NCBI GenBank assembly: GCA_965205485.1
Contig: OZ242180.1
Coordinates: 1,536,001-1,600,000 of the forward strand
DNA: 64,000 bases
From: Candidatus Latescibacterota bacterium
GTDB taxonomy: Bacteria; Latescibacterota; UBA2968; GCA-2709665
Direction: 5' to 3'
Numbering within the stretch: the first letter of the stretch is position 1; the number at the start of each line of letters is the position of its first letter. The notes under the pieces were generated by a model, which made no database searches, was not told the origin of the DNA, and saw nothing but the letters and a program-made list of their open reading frames with translations. Of the stretch, positions 19,801 through 28,371 are shown piece after piece. The translations under genes were made by a program, and so were the position numbers.

Positions 19801-19828
19801 TTGACGAAGGCCCTTGCGTGAGTATATT
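19801..19828 (+). promoter_or_regulatory. Putative sigma70 promoter for the DUF2188-ClpP cassette
   Basis: TTGACG-N16-TATATT, with AGGAGG RBS at 19874-19879. Confidence 0.6.
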
Positions 19829-19887
19829 AAGGCAGGTCTGGCGCGATAAAATAGTCCCTGAGGTACCGCACACAGGAGGTGTGTCTG

Positions 19888-20118
19888 GTGGAACGAAATA
19901 ATATCCATGTCCATGTCACAGCAAAAGGTGGTAATTGGGAAGTTAAGTTAGCTGGCATGGATAACCCTCTCGGTGTTCACGCTACACAAGCCTATGCGAT
20001 TTCGCACGGAAAAGAACTGGCGAGCGGCTTAGGCACGGAGTTGCACATTCATCGTATAAATGGCAAATTAGATAAACGTATAGATTACGAAAATGTGCCA
20101 CCTTCTCCCTATGGTTAG
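19888..20118 (+). CDS. DUF2188-like small protein
   Basis: HV....GNWEVK..G........TQ..AI..G.......ELHIH..NG pattern; GTG start 8 nt after AGGAGG. Confidence 0.75.
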   Translation: MERNNIHVHVTAKGGNWEVKLAGMDNPLGVHATQAYAISHGKELASGLGTELHIHRINGKLDKRIDYENVPPSPYG

Positions 20119-20170
20119 TTTACTCCCCGGAATTGCGTCAGGCCGCTCCCCTTTTAGGCGGAATGATTAA

Positions 20171-20698
20171 ATGGATTCGATTTTAAGATGTGAATTTAAA
20201 GATTTCATTAGTCGGGACACAGTAGGTAATTTTATAAATAGAGTGAAACCACAAATAGCAAGACAGCAACCTTCCACACTGTATGTAGAAATTTCCACCG
20301 ATGGTGGGCAATTTGAATCTGCTATTTCTCTTTACTATTTTTTAATGGGGCAATCTATACAGACCATAACTCATAATTCACAGCGGATTTATTCTACTGG
20401 CATATTACCTTTTTTAGGTGGCAAAAAACGATTGGCCACGCCCGAAGCTGATTTTGGCATTCACTCCATCTATTATCTGACACCACAAGAAGAACGGCTT
20501 GATCAGCTTTTGCTTGAACATCGCCTCAATGGTGTAAAGGAATGTAATCGACGTGTCCTGGATTGTCTCATTAAACATACTGATATTTCCCTATCCGACG
20601 CACAAGATTTCACAACTGCACAAAACATCGTGCCGATTTCGGCGAAACAGGTCTTATTTCAAGGCATTATTCACGAAATCAAAGAACTTGAGGCTTAG
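20171..20698 (+). CDS. Divergent ClpP-like serine protease
   Basis: YVEISTDGG (cf. YINSPGG), AISLY, IYSTG (Ser), R...P.A.FGIH (His), SAKQ...GIIHEI; about 35-40% GC by sampling. Confidence 0.75.
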   Translation: MDSILRCEFKDFISRDTVGNFINRVKPQIARQQPSTLYVEISTDGGQFESAISLYYFLMGQSIQTITHNSQRIYSTGILPFLGGKKRLATPEADFGIHSIYYLTPQEERLDQLLLEHRLNGVKECNRRVLDCLIKHTDISLSDAQDFTTAQNIVPISAKQVLFQGIIHEIKELEA

Positions 20699-20793
20699 AA
20701 TTATCCGATCATTCTTGGCATCATGTAAACTCGGTTTTGGTCAGTTGGACACATCGATGTAATCTGAATCAGTTCTGACCGTATGTCCGACGG

Positions 20794-20826
20794 AAGCCCT
20801 GGAGACGCGATCTCCAGGGCTTTTTT
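20794..20826 (+). terminator. Intrinsic terminator closing the low-GC cassette
   Basis: AAGCCCTGGAGA-cgcga-TCTCCAGGGCTT followed by a T run. Confidence 0.8.
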
Positions 20827-21808
20827 ATTCATCGAAAGACCTGAAGCGAACGGCCTGCTCTGTGTTGATCGATTCTGCAATAGCCTCGAAGTAGGCGGCG
20901 ACGTTGCAGGCGTCCAGGCCACTCACCGAGGGCGTGGCGCCGGTCTGCGCGCAGTGCGCGAATTCAGCGAGTTCTTCGTACTGTTCGTCGATCCGGTCGA
21001 AGGCTTTCCTGTGATGACTTTTCGGGCTGATCAGGGTGACGGCGTTGTCGTCATGGCTGTCCCACGTGACCCTGGCCTCGCTGCCCGCGAAGGTTATTTC
21101 GTATCCCAGATGCGAGACGTACGACGCGCCGATATAGGAAAGTCGTCCGTCGGCGTAGCGGCCGATAACGGCGCCCAGGTCCGGAGACTCTCCGGCGCCG
21201 TTTCGCTTGGACATGAAGGCGGAGATGCTTTCAGGTGCGCCCATGATGTCCAGGATCAGGTCGATGAAGACAACGGCCATCTGCGCGAAGGGCAGTAGGG
21301 GCGCGTTCCTGATGTGGTACCGCCAGTTGTCCGGCGTGAGACCGTACGCGGTGGCGCCCCCGACCGATGCTTCGACCGAGTGCAATGTGCCTATGTCCCC
21401 TGCGTCGAGACGTTTCTTCAGATGGGAAACGGCCGGGTTCCTGCGGAGGTTATGGCCGGCCATATAGGTGAGGTCATGTTTCTCCGCGAGCCGCATCATC
21501 TCCACGGCCTGAGCGCGGCTCGTCGTCACTGGCACGTTGACGAAGACGTGTTTGCCGTGGGCTGTACAGATCTTGAAGTCATCGTAGTGGCGCGGGTTGG
21601 GTGTGGTGATGACGACGCCGTCCACGTCAGGGTCGCTGGCCAGGGCTTCGATAGCCGGCGCCCGCTTTGCGCCGAACCTCCTGGCCGCCTCCACAGCCCG
21701 CTCGGGCACAATGTCATAGACGGATACCAGGACCAGATCCGGATTCTTCTTGACGGCCCGCTGATGGTTTATGGCGTAGTTGCCCAGACCGACGAATCCG
21801 AGGTTCAT
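20825..21808 (-). CDS. Gfo/Idh/MocA family oxidoreductase
   Basis: GFVGLG Rossmann start, DVDGVVITTPN..H, GKHVFVNVP, GHNLR. Confidence 0.85.
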   Translation of the reverse strand: MNLGFVGLGNYAINHQRAVKKNPDLVLVSVYDIVPERAVEAARRFGAKRAPAIEALASDPDVDGVVITTPNPRHYDDFKICTAHGKHVFVNVPVTTSRAQAVEMMRLAEKHDLTYMAGHNLRRNPAVSHLKKRLDAGDIGTLHSVEASVGGATAYGLTPDNWRYHIRNAPLLPFAQMAVVFIDLILDIMGAPESISAFMSKRNGAGESPDLGAVIGRYADGRLSYIGASYVSHLGYEITFAGSEARVTWDSHDDNAVTLISPKSHHRKAFDRIDEQYEELAEFAHCAQTGATPSVSGLDACNVAAYFEAIAESINTEQAVRFRSFDE

Positions 21809-21833
21809 GACCGAGCCTTCAGACGGAAGCGCG

Positions 21834-23516
21834 TCACGCCGTCCGTTCGATGGTGACGGCGACCTGGAGTCGTGAGGATTCGTGAGCGACGGGCGCGGTC
21901 ATGTTCCCCGTGACGCCGTACCCAGCGTGCAGATAGCGCGCCATGTGCAGATCCCAGGGGCCGCTGGTGCCGGATATCGATATGCGGTAGGCTGCGCCTT
22001 TCCAACGCAGCGCCAGCGAACCGTTGTCGATGCTGTAGGTCAGCTCCTCCTTGCCGTCCCAGAGGACGATTGGTATTGAGAAAATGACCTGGTCGTCGTC
22101 CTTGAGGTCTGTGACCCGGTACGCGAGCCGGATGAGTTCGTCCTCGAGGTCGAGTTTGAGGTTCAGCGGGACCGGACCGTCAAGTCTGAATTCGTCCGCG
22201 GCGATCACCTCCGCGTCGCCTTCCATGATGCGGTAGGCGCCGCCGGCTTCGTTGACAAGAATGCCGAAGTAGGGCTCAAGCAGCGGATCGGCCTTGTCCG
22301 GCTCGGCGATCTGTTCATGGTAGGCGTGTTTGACGCCGTCCCGTTTGGCATCGGCAATGGGTTCGATCATCGGGGTATTGCCGAATTTGACCGAAAGCGG
22401 CTGGAGCGGGAGGTGGTACCCCCAGTCGTGGTTGCAGAGGGCCAGGGCCAGGCGCGACTTTTCGCCGTGCAGAATCGCGTAACCCGCCTCCGTATCGACC
22501 ACGTCTTCCACCGTGGCGGCGTCGACCGATTCGAACCCCGTCCATTCCTCGTCGATCAGGAGCGCGAGCAGCGCCCAGGCAACGAGACCCGCGCCCAGGT
22601 CGGTGTTCAGACGATTGTAGGTCCATTCCAGGCCGGCGAGGGCAAACGGAGAAAGATGGTTGGGCGTATGGGAGAACACGCCCCTGTCGGGATTGAAGGA
22701 CTGGCAGAAGTCGAGAAGCGCGAGGACTCTTTCCCTGGCCTCTTCACCCTCACCTATGAACGAGAGAAGCGCGACCATGGGGTAGACGTACATCTGATAG
22801 ATGCTCCGGCTGGCAAGAAACGGGAGATGGAATTGTCCGTTGGCCTTTTTGAACCACGCGCATAGGGTCTCGAGGAGCCGCCGGATTTGACGCCGGTCGT
22901 CATTGGAAGCCCTGTAACCATCTGGTTGTTCATTGACAAGGGCGGCCGCCAGGAAGGTGCCCGTAAGGTAGACGTGCGCAACGGAGTGCCCGTTCACGTC
23001 GTCGTCGCGGAGAAAACCCCCCGATGTCAACCTCCTGTTGAACGCGGCGATGAATTCTCCGGATCGCTTCCTGGCTTTTTCCTCACGCCCGCCATCCAGG
23101 AACAGGTCGCACAATAGTGACGCGGCGGAGACATGGCAATCGGACAATTCCGCGTCATCCGTATAGGATGCTTTAAATTTGGCTTCCCAGCGTTCCAGGA
23201 TATTCCTGTCCACGACGTCGGAAAGTATGGGAAAAACCATCGCGCCGTACCCCATCACGTATTCCCTGAAACCCGGCGAATTTCTGGCGCCGTCCATGAT
23301 CCCGGCCGTGCGTATCATCCACCGGTCGGTCCACTCGAGGTAGACGTCCTCGCCGGAGAGCCGGTATAGCGACGCGCCGATGACGGCCCAGCAGGCCGGC
23401 GCGAAGTTCTCCGGCCGATTGCTTTCGTAGGCATCGTTCAGGACGCCGTTCTCATCCGTCCATCGGACGCCAAGTTCGAATCCCTTCTCGAGGCACGCGG
23501 TGATTTCATCTTGCAT
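21834..23516 (-). CDS. Hypothetical protein (helical N-terminus, beta-rich C-terminus)
   Basis: Long ORF with host-like codon use; ATG at 23516 preceded by GGGAGG. Confidence 0.75.
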   Translation of the reverse strand: MQDEITACLEKGFELGVRWTDENGVLNDAYESNRPENFAPACWAVIGASLYRLSGEDVYLEWTDRWMIRTAGIMDGARNSPGFREYVMGYGAMVFPILSDVVDRNILERWEAKFKASYTDDAELSDCHVSAASLLCDLFLDGGREEKARKRSGEFIAAFNRRLTSGGFLRDDDVNGHSVAHVYLTGTFLAAALVNEQPDGYRASNDDRRQIRRLLETLCAWFKKANGQFHLPFLASRSIYQMYVYPMVALLSFIGEGEEARERVLALLDFCQSFNPDRGVFSHTPNHLSPFALAGLEWTYNRLNTDLGAGLVAWALLALLIDEEWTGFESVDAATVEDVVDTEAGYAILHGEKSRLALALCNHDWGYHLPLQPLSVKFGNTPMIEPIADAKRDGVKHAYHEQIAEPDKADPLLEPYFGILVNEAGGAYRIMEGDAEVIAADEFRLDGPVPLNLKLDLEDELIRLAYRVTDLKDDDQVIFSIPIVLWDGKEELTYSIDNGSLALRWKGAAYRISISGTSGPWDLHMARYLHAGYGVTGNMTAPVAHESSRLQVAVTIERTA

Positions 23517-23602
23517 TGATCGTAACCTCCCGTCGACGCTGCCCGGTCGGTGGGCGGCGCGAATCATTCAAGAGCGGGTCCCCACAATTCCGCGACAGCG
23601 TC

Positions 23603-24553
23603 TTACCCCGCAAGCCCGCTGTACCCCCGGTCGACGTCGGGCAGGTCGGTGGCTTTGCCGAGCGCCTCGGCCATCGCGCGCACGTGGAACGGCAGGGCGC
23701 CGCAGCAGGATCCGATGAGGCCGATGCCCATATGTGCGGCTTCAGCGGTATACTCTGCCATGGAAAAGCGCGTGACAACGCGGGGCTCAACCTGGGTCCA
23801 GAGATTGGCGACGCTCAACGGTCGATTGAAATTCTCTCCGGGTTCGAGTTCGTACCCTGTGGGCTGCGCGCACAGGGGCGCCGAAACGGCTTCCCTGACT
23901 TCGTACATCAACGGGCGCATGGTGGACCACGGGCGCATGCAGTTGATGCCGACCACGTCGGCGCCGGCGTCCACCAGGCGTTTGGCGGCTTCGCCCGGAC
24001 GGTAACCCTCCCGCGTAAATTCCGCGTCGCGATAGGTCATCGTAACGACGGCGGGAATCCCGGCCTGTTTTACGAAGGGAATGGCCAGGCTGACTTCATC
24101 CACGGAATAGAAGGTTTCGACAATGAAGAGGTCCACGCCGGCAGAGGTCTGCTGCGTAACGCGGCGTTCGAAGAATTCACTTGCATGGGTCCTGTCATCT
24201 TCGGTCATGGGGTCCCATTTGGAGCGGCCCGAATAGACGTACGGGCTGAGCGTGCCCGCCACGAACCGGTCCGGTCCGGCTGCCTCCCGTGCGAGTTCCA
24301 CGGCCTTGCGGTGGAGTTCCTCCTCGCGTTCCATGGGCCGGACGCCCCAGACCATAGCCTGCAGAACTTCGGCGCCCGCACGGGCGAATTCCTTGTGGAG
24401 TTCGAGTACGCCTTCGGGATAGTCGAGTACGCCCATGGGGATTTTGGAGGCGTAGCTGCCAAGGCAACGGCGTTCGAATTCGAGATAATAGCCGCCATCG
24501 CAAAGCAGGGGTCCTTCGGCGATCCGGTTGAGAAAGTCGGACGGCATGCACAT
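23603..24553 (-). CDS. Homocysteine S-methyltransferase family protein (BHMT-like)
   Basis: LCDGG, LHKEFARAGA, GVDLFIVET, GINC, GSCCG Zn ligands. Confidence 0.88.
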   Translation of the reverse strand: MCMPSDFLNRIAEGPLLCDGGYYLEFERRCLGSYASKIPMGVLDYPEGVLELHKEFARAGAEVLQAMVWGVRPMEREEELHRKAVELAREAAGPDRFVAGTLSPYVYSGRSKWDPMTEDDRTHASEFFERRVTQQTSAGVDLFIVETFYSVDEVSLAIPFVKQAGIPAVVTMTYRDAEFTREGYRPGEAAKRLVDAGADVVGINCMRPWSTMRPLMYEVREAVSAPLCAQPTGYELEPGENFNRPLSVANLWTQVEPRVVTRFSMAEYTAEAAHMGIGLIGSCCGALPFHVRAMAEALGKATDLPDVDRGYSGLAG

Positions 24554-24609
24554 CTCCTGTAAAGAAGCATGATTGCGTTTCGGAACGGCACAATATAACG
24601 GACTGAATC

Positions 24610-26958
24610 CTACAGCTCCATCCTTTTGAACGCGTCTCCGGAACGTACACCGTAGGCGTTGCCGGTCTTTTTCAGGTGAAGCCCGGATTCGCCGAAGTCC
24701 AGCGAAGTGCCCGAAGCGAGGCAGAGCGAACGGAGGGCATCGTCCTGGATCGTCACGACGGCCGCGCGTCCCTTCAGTGACAGTCCGTCGAAACGCGCCT
24801 CCTTCCGCGAAGGGTTATACAACAGGAGAACGCGTTCATTCTCCGTGTGGATCCGGAGCGCCAACGCGGCGTCGGACAGCGTATGGCATTCGATTTCGAT
24901 CGCGGGAGGGCGGTGCGTGAACGGCGCGTGTACGGCGGCGAATACGGCGTCCGGACCGGGCCGGGTAACCTGGAGATGGCCGCGGTACGGGAGAACGGCG
25001 CCGGGCTTCAGGGTGCCGCCGTCGGCATGAAGGTCTTCGATCACGTCCTCTTCGGGAGGACATTCTGAGACTGTAACCTCGGTGTCGGAGATTCTCGGGA
25101 TGATCGTCCGCAAGCCGCCGCGATCCATCGCCCACGTGGCGGTGACGTCGTCGATCGCGCGGGCCGATCGGCCGGAACGCAGGGGTTCGGGGACGTCTGA
25201 AGGCACGGGGGCGTCGAGGCCCGCGACCTCCAGATCTCCGGATCGTGCGTGCAGCATCCAGGTGTACGACCTCCTGTCTCCCGAGACGCTGAAGACGTCG
25301 GCGATGAGGGGTTCGCCCGAACTCCGCGGCAGCAACGCGATAAGGCGGGCGTTGCCAGGCGGCAGGCCCGCCTCGGCCAGCTTCGGACCCGGGGTCTCGC
25401 ACCACATGAGCGGTTTTCCTCCCTCGCCCTGTTCCGCGCATTCCAGAACGGTATTGTGCGATAGCGGACCGCGTTCCCACAGACGGGCCCACTCCGGGTT
25501 CCAGTTATATCCCATTTCCGTCACCATTTCCTGCCCGCACGACCAGAGGACGAAATTGAGATAGTCTTTCTGCTTGTGGGCGGCCGGAATATAGGGACCG
25601 TAGTCGATAAAGGCCATGGTCCGCGACTGCTTGTCTTCGCCGTGACGAAGAATCATGAGTCCGATATCGGGCAGATGGGCGCTCGCAGCGGCGTAGGGTT
25701 CGCCGTCGCTTTCGACCGCGGCATCCGGATCCCGGTAGAAGAGCGAATATTCGGTTCCTCCGTTCAGGTCGCCGCCCCATATGGTCTTGAGATGTCGCAG
25801 CGCCTTTTGATTGTTGTAGACGATATAGGCGATTTCCGAACAAAAAGGGCGCAATGGACTTCCAACGTGCGAATCGTTGATCGCCGGGTTGGTGTCGTCG
25901 GGGAAAGCGACATCCAGAAACCAGGTATAACACTTCTCCAGAAGGGCGCATCGGGGATTGGCGTACACGTCGGTGTCCAGATTGCCACGGATGATTTCCG
26001 GGATGCCGATGGTCGTCTGGAGCAGCCCCAGGGTGTAGTCAGCCGTGCATTCGTAAAACGCGCCATCCTGGAAGAACACGCCGGCCTCGGGCTTGAGCAT
26101 GTCTTCGTACAACGTGACAACGGATCGCAGGATTTCCCGGTCGCCCGTCAGCGCGGCGGAAGCCGCGATGCACCACCACGCGCCTCCGTGGTCCTGAATG
26201 GAATAGTGGGAGAGGTACGGTGAGAGGTCATCGGTATATTGATATCCCTCTAGCGTCGAGGTTCCCGGGTTGTTGAAGGACTCGACGAAATAGTCCCGTA
26301 CGTATTCGACAAAGGCATCGATGGACCGGCGCTGTTCGTCTTGAAATACGTCTGAGTCGCGGATGAGGTCATACGCGATCAGCACGGTTCGGGCGCACCA
26401 CGCATCCCTCTGTTTCCAGCCGTCGATTTTTCCGTAATACGGATCGTTCTGATCGTGCCAGACGTTCTTGTTGACCTGGTTCAGCCGGTAGCTCTCGAAG
26501 ACTTCAGCGAAACGTTCGACCAGAATGGCGGCTTTTTCGGCGTAACGCACGTCGCCTTCGATACCGTAGACAATTCCGGCGCTCTCCAGGCCGCCGAGGA
26601 TGTACTTCAGGCGATACGTGCGGACCACCGCCTGGATATTCCATGTTTCGGAAGTGTCCTCCGGGTCCCAGTCCCAAGTCGCCTTGCAGTCCGTACATTG
26701 AAGCGTGTCGCCCTTGTTGATCAGGCTGTAGGCATACCAGGGTCCGCAGCCGCAGTTGGGACAGGCGACGGTGACGAGCGGCGTCTGGTCGCTGATGAAA
26801 GACCGCATCCGGTCACGGTCCATCGTCAGATAGTAGCCTGCCTGTGATTTGATCTGACCGTAGAGATCCCTGGCCCACGCGTGTCGGCTGATATTTTCCC
26901 CGGCGCGCGCAAGGTCGTCGGGTTTGTACATGGTGCATGGATTTCGATGGGTTCGCAT
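24610..26958 (-). CDS. Heparinase II/III-like polysaccharide lyase
   Basis: DGAFYECTADY, FPDDTNPAINDS, YGP....HKQKD.LN, SHNTV; N-terminal CPNC..CTDC. Confidence 0.75.
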   Translation of the reverse strand: MRTHRNPCTMYKPDDLARAGENISRHAWARDLYGQIKSQAGYYLTMDRDRMRSFISDQTPLVTVACPNCGCGPWYAYSLINKGDTLQCTDCKATWDWDPEDTSETWNIQAVVRTYRLKYILGGLESAGIVYGIEGDVRYAEKAAILVERFAEVFESYRLNQVNKNVWHDQNDPYYGKIDGWKQRDAWCARTVLIAYDLIRDSDVFQDEQRRSIDAFVEYVRDYFVESFNNPGTSTLEGYQYTDDLSPYLSHYSIQDHGGAWWCIAASAALTGDREILRSVVTLYEDMLKPEAGVFFQDGAFYECTADYTLGLLQTTIGIPEIIRGNLDTDVYANPRCALLEKCYTWFLDVAFPDDTNPAINDSHVGSPLRPFCSEIAYIVYNNQKALRHLKTIWGGDLNGGTEYSLFYRDPDAAVESDGEPYAAASAHLPDIGLMILRHGEDKQSRTMAFIDYGPYIPAAHKQKDYLNFVLWSCGQEMVTEMGYNWNPEWARLWERGPLSHNTVLECAEQGEGGKPLMWCETPGPKLAEAGLPPGNARLIALLPRSSGEPLIADVFSVSGDRRSYTWMLHARSGDLEVAGLDAPVPSDVPEPLRSGRSARAIDDVTATWAMDRGGLRTIIPRISDTEVTVSECPPEEDVIEDLHADGGTLKPGAVLPYRGHLQVTRPGPDAVFAAVHAPFTHRPPAIEIECHTLSDAALALRIHTENERVLLLYNPSRKEARFDGLSLKGRAAVVTIQDDALRSLCLASGTSLDFGESGLHLKKTGNAYGVRSGDAFKRMEL

Positions 26959-27008
26959 ATCGTCCCCTTGTCGCCGTCAAGCCTCCTTGTGCGGCGGGTG
27001 ACCGCCGG

Positions 27009-28277
27009 TTAGTCCAGGGCGCGAAGCCTGAAGTTTCCCCACCACGTCCGGAGGGGCTCCGTCGGATTCTCCAGCTTTCTGCCTTCCGCTTTCTGGATCG
27101 AAGTGAGCCGCGCGGCCCCCAACAGGCCGGGGTGTAGCGAGATCGTGTCGATGCCGCGGGTCATGCGGTTTTCTTTGCCCCAGAGGCCGTCGATTTCGAT
27201 TTCCGTCTCGCCCCGGTATCGCTGCGGCACGTCGTCTATCCAGATCTTTTGCTTATTTGTTTCCGCATCCCATGCGATTTTGAACCGGTATGCCCGTTCG
27301 TTTTCGGGAACGATTGAATTATCAAACGTGTTGAAACCGGGAGTTGGATGGCCGGTTGCAACGGTCATGCGGTCTGTCAGGATTCCCGTCTGGATTTTTC
27401 GGAAACACTTGATGGATCCGTCGTACTCGCCAAGCAGGATGCAGGCTTCAGCGGATACGTCCGGCGACTTGACTTCGAATTCCAGCGTGCCCCTGGGAAT
27501 GACGGGAAAGGTCGTGGTCACGAACCCGTACCGTGTGATGAGTTCAAGCCATCGATTCTGAACGGGTCTGAGCCTGCTCTCGCAGACATTGTCATCCGGT
27601 TCTCCGTCCCGTGGCGGCGGGATCGGTTTCCAGTGGAGCGGGTGATCTTCCCCGTCGATCTGGTTGCCGCCGATCGATTGCCTTACGTGCCTGACTCGGA
27701 TACGCCGGCCGATACCGACGCCGCCGGTCTGAAGTTCCAGTTTCGCGATATCCCGCACCGGATTGTTGAACGGTACGGTGACGGGTCGTTCGCCGTCCAG
27801 GAGAAATACGGCGGTCTGGTTTGAAAAGTCGAAGCTTTCGAACCTGTAGACGTGTTCGTCGGATTCGACGACGTACCATTTGCGCCTGGTGTGATCGTTG
27901 AAGGGACAGTTGCCCTGGAACGTGAGTACCCTGCCGGAATCTATCAGATCCTTTCCGCCCTGGAACAGCAGGCATCCATCCCTCCGGATGTGACATACGA
28001 TGGCCGGGCGGTCCGCACTGTCATAAAGCCGAAGGGTGTAGAGCGTGTGGTACTCGGGCTCGTCGAGGACAACCCGCATGGCCAGTTCAAGCGAGCCGGC
28101 CCGGTCGGTGATTTTCTCTTTGAGTTCACGGAAACACTGAACGGGCGTCCTCGACCCGTCCATCTTCAGGTATCCATCCTCGCCGAAAATATAGTCCTGG
28201 TTCCCGTGGACGTCGTGCCAGTTGAAGGTCTGATGGATGTCGACCATCGCAGCATCTCCCGAATACCGGGTCGTCAC
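27009..28277 (-). CDS. Hypothetical protein (beta-rich, possibly two lectin-like domains)
   Basis: 422-aa ORF, co-oriented within the cluster. Confidence 0.7.
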   Translation of the reverse strand: MTTRYSGDAAMVDIHQTFNWHDVHGNQDYIFGEDGYLKMDGSRTPVQCFRELKEKITDRAGSLELAMRVVLDEPEYHTLYTLRLYDSADRPAIVCHIRRDGCLLFQGGKDLIDSGRVLTFQGNCPFNDHTRRKWYVVESDEHVYRFESFDFSNQTAVFLLDGERPVTVPFNNPVRDIAKLELQTGGVGIGRRIRVRHVRQSIGGNQIDGEDHPLHWKPIPPPRDGEPDDNVCESRLRPVQNRWLELITRYGFVTTTFPVIPRGTLEFEVKSPDVSAEACILLGEYDGSIKCFRKIQTGILTDRMTVATGHPTPGFNTFDNSIVPENERAYRFKIAWDAETNKQKIWIDDVPQRYRGETEIEIDGLWGKENRMTRGIDTISLHPGLLGAARLTSIQKAEGRKLENPTEPLRTWWGNFRLRALD

Positions 28278-28371
28278 ATGTACCGCGAATTGCCAATTCG
28301 CGGTGCGGGATCATGCGTCGCTCCAGGTGTACGCACGGCGTCGGTTGGGTACGTAAGTACCGACAATACGT

